Shown here: in pieces, positions 58,734 through 64,000 of the stretch
Numbering within the stretch: position 1 is the stretch's first letter
How the letters are laid out: the number at the start of each line of letters is the position of its first letter
Source of the DNA: Candidatus Magasanikiibacteriota bacterium
GTDB lineage: Bacteria > Patescibacteriota > Patescibacteriia > Magasanikbacterales > UBA922
Assembly: GCA_014729395.1 (NCBI GenBank)
Contig: WJJZ01000006.1
Location: 7,090-71,089, forward strand
Direction of reading: 5' to 3'
Length of the DNA: 64,000 nt
Position numbers and translations under genes: made by a program
Notes under the pieces: model-generated
The model's database searches: none
What the model was told of the DNA's origin: nothing
What the model saw: only the letters and a program-made list of their open reading frames with translations

Positions 58734-59450
58734 TTATAAATTGTGGATAAGTCTTTCAATATTGTCAATTTTAACCAGTTTTGGTTTTATTGCATTCTCA
58801 ACTTTGAAATTTCCTATTTTTGTTCTTCGAAGTTTTTCGCAATATCCGGAAACTTCTAATTTTTTACCTATGTCATGAGCAAGTGTTCTAATATAAGTTC
58901 CTCTGGAGCAATCAACCTCCACTACTAAATTTGGCCATTTGTAATTTATTATTTTAAGATTATAAATATTAATTTTTACCGGTTTTCTGTCTATTGTTTT
59001 ACCCTGCCGAGCCAATTCGTATAATTTTTGACCTTTTATTTTTTTTGCGGAATACATTGGCGGAATTTGTTCTTGCGGACCTATGAAATTTTTTATAACT
59101 TCTTCAACATGTTTTGGCCCGGGTCTATGTTCTTTGGAAATATTATTAAAGATTATTTGGCCGGTACTATCTTGAGTATCGCTATAGGCTCCAAGTTTAA
59201 TATTTGCCAGATATGTTTTTTTCATATCTTTGAATTGATCAATTTTTTTTGTTGCATCTCTACCAAGGGCCACAATCAAAAGACCGGTTGCAAACGGGTC
59301 TAATGTTCCTGCGTGCCCGACTTTGGGTCTTTTCGGTTTTGGAGAGTCATTGTGCCGCAAATATCGTTTATAAATTTTTCTAATATAAGCAACTACATCA
59401 TGACTGGTCCAGTCTTTTGGTTTATCGATGAGTAAATAGCCGTTTTTCAT
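58734..59450 (-). CDS. truB: tRNA pseudouridine(55) synthase
   Basis: DKP..WTSHD, GHAGTLDPFATG, PP.YSA.K, GTYIR; start at MKNGYL. Confidence 0.95.
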   Translation of the reverse strand: MKNGYLLIDKPKDWTSHDVVAYIRKIYKRYLRHNDSPKPKRPKVGHAGTLDPFATGLLIVALGRDATKKIDQFKDMKKTYLANIKLGAYSDTQDSTGQIIFNNISKEHRPGPKHVEEVIKNFIGPQEQIPPMYSAKKIKGQKLYELARQGKTIDRKPVKINIYNLKIINYKWPNLVVEVDCSRGTYIRTLAHDIGKKLEVSGYCEKLRRTKIGNFKVENAIKPKLVKIDNIERLIHNL

Positions 59451-59544
59451 AGTAATTGAGGAATTTTTTCGCAAATTAGCTTAGTATAGTCCATATTTTT
59501 ATATAAATAGCGATATGTATTAAATAATGATATAATAACAACAT

Positions 59545-60459
59545 ATGAGCAATAATAAAAGCCTTCAAATTAAATCTGTAGGTTGGGGTAGAACGGACGA
59601 AGGTGGAATAGAAATTTGGGACACAAAACCTGTTTTTTGTAATCATGAAATTGGTTATAAAGATAGACTAAAATTGCTTTTTTATCCAAAAAAATATCTA
59701 TTGTACAATTACGTAAAAAAGCATTTTAAAAAAAAATTAAGCTCTGACTTTAAAAAACCGGTCAGAATTTTGGATGTAGGCTGCGGTACGGGAGCAACTT
59801 TGATAGATTTTAAGAAAATGTTTGGCAGGAGGGCTGATATTATTGGCTTGGATGTAATCAGGGCCCAGGTGGATTTAGCCAAGGAAAAAACCAAAAAACA
59901 TGGCGTGTGGGTGGAAATTTATCACTATGATGGCTTGAATTTTCCTTTTGAAGATGGATCTTTTGATATAATTTACAGCTCTGATGTGTTGGGTCATGTA
60001 AAAGATGTACCGGCATGGCTAAGAGAAATTCGTCGCATACTAAAGCCTTCCGGAATATTAGCTATGTTTGCGGAATCCAGTCTAGGGAAGCATGCTTATA
60101 TTAGAAATTATATGTTGGAGCGTGGTTTAAATACCGATCCGCATGCGGAATTTCATATTTCTTTATATTCAAAGTTAACTTTGAAGGAATTTTTGGAAGC
60201 ATCCGGTTTTGAAATTAAAAAAATGTATAGTAGTTTTTGGCTAAAATTTGTACTTCATCCTGATGAGTTGTATCCGGCAATGCAAAAGTCAAATAAATTT
60301 CCTATTTTGAAATTTTTTAATAAATTACTCTATAGTATTAAAAAGAAATTACATCCATACTCAGCTGCTGTTTGTGAGTTGGTGGGTCTAATCGAAATGG
60401 TGACTGTTGGTCGGTTTTTGGAAAGTCAGGGTTATATTATTCTAGCTAAAAAAAAGTAA
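59545..60459 (+). CDS. Class I SAM-dependent methyltransferase
   Basis: LDVGCGTG, FPFEDGSFD, LKPSG. Confidence 0.82.
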   Translation: MSNNKSLQIKSVGWGRTDEGGIEIWDTKPVFCNHEIGYKDRLKLLFYPKKYLLYNYVKKHFKKKLSSDFKKPVRILDVGCGTGATLIDFKKMFGRRADIIGLDVIRAQVDLAKEKTKKHGVWVEIYHYDGLNFPFEDGSFDIIYSSDVLGHVKDVPAWLREIRRILKPSGILAMFAESSLGKHAYIRNYMLERGLNTDPHAEFHISLYSKLTLKEFLEASGFEIKKMYSSFWLKFVLHPDELYPAMQKSNKFPILKFFNKLLYSIKKKLHPYSAAVCELVGLIEMVTVGRFLESQGYIILAKKK

Positions 60460-60468
60460 TCTGAATTT

Positions 60469-62709
60469 ATGAAATACAATTTAAGTGATGATAAGAGTTT
60501 AAAAAAATTAAGAAAAAAACAACCAAAACGTTTCTCAAAAAAAATAAACGGTGGTGGACAGTATTTAAATTTAATGAATATTAAATTGGATTTGGTTAAC
60601 GGTCTCGATAAAGAAATGTTTGAAAAGGCTTCTAGAATAATGAGAGCCTTGATTTTTGCTTCTGTAGAAAGCGCCCGATCAGGTCATCCGGGTGGTTCCA
60701 GTGGAAAAGTGGAACAGTTTTTGTCAATGACATTAACCGGTGGCATGGCCTTTGATTTATTGGATCCCAAAAATTCGGGACGTGACCGTTTTGTTTGGTC
60801 AGCGGGTCATTGTTCGCCGCTTTTGTACGCCGGTTTGTCACTTTATTACGAAGCATTAAAGAAAACAGGTCATAATTTCAATGCAAAAAAGATTAACGCG
60901 GTTTTAGCCAAGGATTTGGTGAATTTTAGAAGACCAAACGGTCCGCAGGGTCATATTGAAGGCCATTATCCCTTGAGTGATTTTTCAACCGGACCATCCG
61001 GACATGGTTTTCCGGCTGCAGGCGGTATGGCGATTGTACATAAGTCTGTAGGTCTTGATACAAAGGTGTGGGTAATGATGGGCGATGCGGAAAGCGAAGA
61101 GGGTATGACTTATGAAGCTAGAAATATCTTGTCTACGATGGGTATGGATAATATGATCGTAAGTTATTCTTATAATCATTATGGAATTGATGGGGATATA
61201 GATGAAGTTATTTCAACTCCAATAATTAACCACTGGCTTGGTTTGGGTTGGAATGTTATTGAAGTTGACGGTTATCATATAAATAATTTAGTCCAAGCGT
61301 ACAAGAGAGCCAAAAAAGGCTTTGACAATCAGCTACCAACCTTGGTTTTGGTTCATACGATAAAAGGCAAGCTATATGGTGATTTGGAAGACACGGCTGA
61401 ATCACACGGAACACCGACATCTCATGATAAGTATATTGAGATTATGAATAATTTAGGTTTTGATATCCCCGGGGAAGAAGGCGGGGTTGGTGACGATATA
61501 AAGGTTGTAATGAAGGATTTGGATATTGGTCTTGCCAGGTATTTGGAAAAAAGATTAACAGAAGCCAAAAGAAGAATTAAGACGGAAACTAAATTGGTTT
61601 CTCAGATGAGGTCTTCTTTAAAGCGTAGAAAACTGGAAAATCCGATAAACATAACCAGACCAAAAAAACTTCCAAATGATTTGCAATTTAAATCGGGCGA
61701 AAAGATAGCTACCAGAAAAGCGACAGAAGCTTTTTTCAGGTGGTTGATGGGGGAGACTGCTTTTTTTTGGGCGGGAGCCGGTGATTTGAGCAAGTCTGTT
61801 CTCACCAGTAAAGCGGAAAAAGTTTATGGAATAATAAACAAAAAAAATCCGCTTGGGCGTGGTATCAGATATGGCATTTCAGAGGCTAATATGGCTATGA
61901 TGGGTTCGGCCATGACTCACGATAGACTTCCGGGGGGTTTTCAACCTGTTTCTGTTTTCGGCAGCTATGGAGTGTTCACAAATATTATGTGCAATGCTAT
62001 TCGATTAACTGTAATCAGTAATCATCTTTGTCCAAAAAATGCCGGTTTTTTTATTGCTTTGGCTGCGCACGATGGACCTGAGACCGGAGAGGACGGACCA
62101 ACACACCAAGGATTGTATTGGATGAGTTTGTACAACGCTTTACCCGGAATTAAGGTTTATAAACCACTTGATGCTAATGAAACTATTGAGATGCTTTTTT
62201 ATGCTCTAAAGAAAGCTGAACCGATTGTTTTGTCTGTCTCCAGACCGAATACCTTGGTTTTTGAGCGAAGTAATTTTAATAATGCCAAAGAAGCTGTAAA
62301 CGGAGCATATATATTCAAAAATTTTAAAAGAAACAGTAAAAAGAAGGTTACTTTGGTTGTTTCCGGTGGGCAACTGTTAAGTAATTTACTAGAAACCTTG
62401 CCCGAGTTGGAGACAAAATTAAATATAAAAATAGTTGCCGTTACTTCACCGGAGTTGTTTGAGGATTTAAAGATAAAAAATCCGACTAAAGCAGCTAAAA
62501 TTTTTAGTAAAGAAGACAGATCAAGAGCGGTGTTGATGCATAATGGTTGGAAAGGGTTTTTATATCCGTTTTTATTACCTGAAAATTATAGTAATAAAAT
62601 AATTGCGATCGATACATATTTAAAGTCAGGTTCTGTTGAAGAGGTCTATGATATAGCCGGTTTGAGTTCTGATAAATTGAAAGAAAAAATAAAAGCCGCT
62701 ATAAAATAA
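60469..62709 (+). CDS. tkt: Transketolase (start may be 60574)
   Basis: SGHPGG, DRFVWSAGH, GHIE, STGPSG.G, GDAESEEG, GEDGPTHQ. Confidence 0.88.
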   Translation: MKYNLSDDKSLKKLRKKQPKRFSKKINGGGQYLNLMNIKLDLVNGLDKEMFEKASRIMRALIFASVESARSGHPGGSSGKVEQFLSMTLTGGMAFDLLDPKNSGRDRFVWSAGHCSPLLYAGLSLYYEALKKTGHNFNAKKINAVLAKDLVNFRRPNGPQGHIEGHYPLSDFSTGPSGHGFPAAGGMAIVHKSVGLDTKVWVMMGDAESEEGMTYEARNILSTMGMDNMIVSYSYNHYGIDGDIDEVISTPIINHWLGLGWNVIEVDGYHINNLVQAYKRAKKGFDNQLPTLVLVHTIKGKLYGDLEDTAESHGTPTSHDKYIEIMNNLGFDIPGEEGGVGDDIKVVMKDLDIGLARYLEKRLTEAKRRIKTETKLVSQMRSSLKRRKLENPINITRPKKLPNDLQFKSGEKIATRKATEAFFRWLMGETAFFWAGAGDLSKSVLTSKAEKVYGIINKKNPLGRGIRYGISEANMAMMGSAMTHDRLPGGFQPVSVFGSYGVFTNIMCNAIRLTVISNHLCPKNAGFFIALAAHDGPETGEDGPTHQGLYWMSLYNALPGIKVYKPLDANETIEMLFYALKKAEPIVLSVSRPNTLVFERSNFNNAKEAVNGAYIFKNFKRNSKKKVTLVVSGGQLLSNLLETLPELETKLNIKIVAVTSPELFEDLKIKNPTKAAKIFSKEDRSRAVLMHNGWKGFLYPFLLPENYSNKIIAIDTYLKSGSVEEVYDIAGLSSDKLKEKIKAAIK

Positions 62710-62751
62710 CGGCTTGATAAGAGGTAAGCAAGGGGACATCTTTGGTCTCCT

Positions 62752-62955
62752 TTATTGTTGATCACGAAGTGGGAAGATGTACTTTTCGTCTCTTTTGTCT
62801 ACACGGCGTATTACCAAGCCTCTACCCGGTTCATGACATTGTATTACAATAGATTCTCTTTCATCATCTACTGCTACTATGCGCCCTGGATATTCATTTA
62901 GGTAGGTAATTAACCTTCCCGGGGTTAAAATTAAAGAGCAAAATTTGTTTTTCAT
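62752..62955 (-). CDS. Small orphan protein
   Basis: 67 codons with AAAAGGAGGTG SD before ATG. Confidence 0.55.
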   Translation of the reverse strand: MKNKFCSLILTPGRLITYLNEYPGRIVAVDDERESIVIQCHEPGRGLVIRRVDKRDEKYIFPLRDQQ

Positions 62956-63080
62956 CTTTCACCTCCTTTTGTTAAGGGTCTGTTTTTATTATAAAACAAT
63001 ATTTTTATTATTAAAATCTAGTCAAGTGTTTCAAATAAAAAAAAGGCCCGTTTGAAAGGTGGAACCCATACCTTATGTGC

Positions 63081-63587
63081 CTAGGCAGCCTTCATCTCAT
63101 CCCCGAACGACTTTTTGATTTCGAGAACGATCTTCTCGAGCAGGTCGTTCGTATCGACATCAATATACATTCGACCCTTTTCGTCGCAAGGTAGTGTTAC
63201 AACTGTCGATTCGTAGATCGTCAGCTGGTAGTGTGCCTTGCGAACTTTTCCCTGTGGGACAAACTTTATTGTTGCCCCGTGTCCGGCCAGAATGAGCAGC
63301 AGTTCGATCTCTCGGTATGTTTCGCCAAGAAGTGAAACAACTTCCAGATCACTGCTGAAGTCATCCACCAGAGATTCAAACATCTCGTCGTCAATCATGG
63401 GGATGAACGGGTCATTCGAGTAGGCGCGGAAGCGTTCGGGTTGGCTCTCGGCTCTTTGCCCATGCGGAATCAGGAGCCAGTGACTGAACCATTGTGAGTC
63501 CTCGGCATAGAACTCTATGCGCAAGCTGTTGTTGATCCAGGCTGCGAGGAAAACCAAAATTTTACGTTTTCTGTTGTCCCTGTCCAT
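63081..63587 (-). CDS. Orphan protein, GC-richer than flanks
   Basis: 168 codons, AGGAGGTG SD, own promoter. Confidence 0.6.
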   Translation of the reverse strand: MDRDNRKRKILVFLAAWINNSLRIEFYAEDSQWFSHWLLIPHGQRAESQPERFRAYSNDPFIPMIDDEMFESLVDDFSSDLEVVSLLGETYREIELLLILAGHGATIKFVPQGKVRKAHYQLTIYESTVVTLPCDEKGRMYIDVDTNDLLEKIVLEIKKSFGDEMKAA

Positions 63588-63646
63588 AGCACCTCCTAGT
63601 TGGTAACGTTCTTTGCTTTTATCCTTTGCTATTAATGTAGCAAATT

Positions 63647-63675
63647 ATCTTACTATATATCCATATTTATGTCAA
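63647..63675 (-). promoter_or_regulatory. Sigma70-type promoter for orphan gene
   Basis: TTGACA-17bp-TAAGAT. Confidence 0.55.
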
Positions 63676-63720
63676 TAAACTTGTTTTCATTTTAAATATG
63701 GGCAAAATTAGCTAAAAAAG

Positions 63721-63749
63721 TTGACTTATCAGTCTTTTGCCAGTATAAT
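63721..63749 (+). promoter_or_regulatory. Sigma70 promoter of infB
   Basis: TTGACT-17bp-TATAAT. Confidence 0.75.
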
Positions 63750-63777
63750 GCATACACTAAATTATACATACTTATTC

Positions 63778-64000
63778 ATGAACGTCACTGAATTAGCCAG
63801 ACAACTAAGAGTAAATACCAAAGAACTCCTCGAAATTCTTCCGGAGTATGGTTTTGATATTGGAAAAAAAGCTATAAAAATCGATAATCGGGTTGCCAAT
63901 AAAATAATGCGTCAATGGCGGCATATAAAGAGGGAGTTGGATGAAAAAAAGCGTATAGAGGCTGAAGAGAGAAAACAAAAAGAAAAAGAGATGAGACGAC
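63778..64000 (+). CDS. infB: Translation initiation factor IF-2, N-terminus (runs off the window)
   Basis: MNVTELARQLRVNTKELLEILPEYGFDIGKKAIKID resembles IF2_N; not in the ORF track. Confidence 0.72.
   Translation, partial: MNVTELARQLRVNTKELLEILPEYGFDIGKKAIKIDNRVANKIMRQWRHIKRELDEKKRIEAEERKQKEKEMRR

Noticed and set aside
58549-58878. 109-aa plus-strand ORF, and the rny extension to 58480
   Set aside because: Antisense to truB and the structured RNA; the rny extension overlaps the RNA stem, and 58444 gives a normal TM start
6165-61805. Short antisense ORFs of 60-140 aa within annotated genes
   Set aside because: Fully nested opposite well-supported CDSs, with no motifs or start signals
1-64000. 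Alternative genetic code (UGA=Gly), prophage or IS element
   Set aside because: Conserved genes are full length under code 11 and murF ends in TGA; no integrase, transposase or phage structural motifs seen

Overview
AT-rich bacterial chromosome segment using the standard code. It looks like Patescibacteria/CPR (inference: Shine-Dalgarno-less core genes, N-terminally shortened MurF, CPR-style InfB N-terminus, subtilase with FG-GAP repeats, ligase-TPR protein). Left end: the tail of an acidic Ser/Thr-rich surface protein, an 11-bp phased array, and two paralogous Cys/Asp-rich (MopE-like repeat) lipoproteins. From about 6.2 to 50.7 kb lies a very large surface-glycan locus. It holds eight intact sulfotransferases plus one decayed copy, cysQ-cysC-cysH-like genes with no ATP sulfurylase, eight GT4s, three GT2s, a GT-C/flippase/GT2 module, two radical SAM enzymes, an Ntn-amidotransferase/PP-loop fusion, Wzx, a priming transferase, nucleotide-sugar enzymes and mtnP-apt salvage genes. 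Right end: housekeeping genes (pilT, ftsI, murF, tRNA-Glu, tRNA-Met, HU, rny, truB, transketolase, start of infB) with interspersed SD-led orphans and a probable 6S RNA. Beyond the gene list I see heptamer tracts and GGCAGG-ended palindromes inserted in-frame in genes and into a duplicated tRNA 5' end, two homopolymer -1 frameshifts, and strong CCGG enrichment. All calls come from motif reading only; no searches were run.
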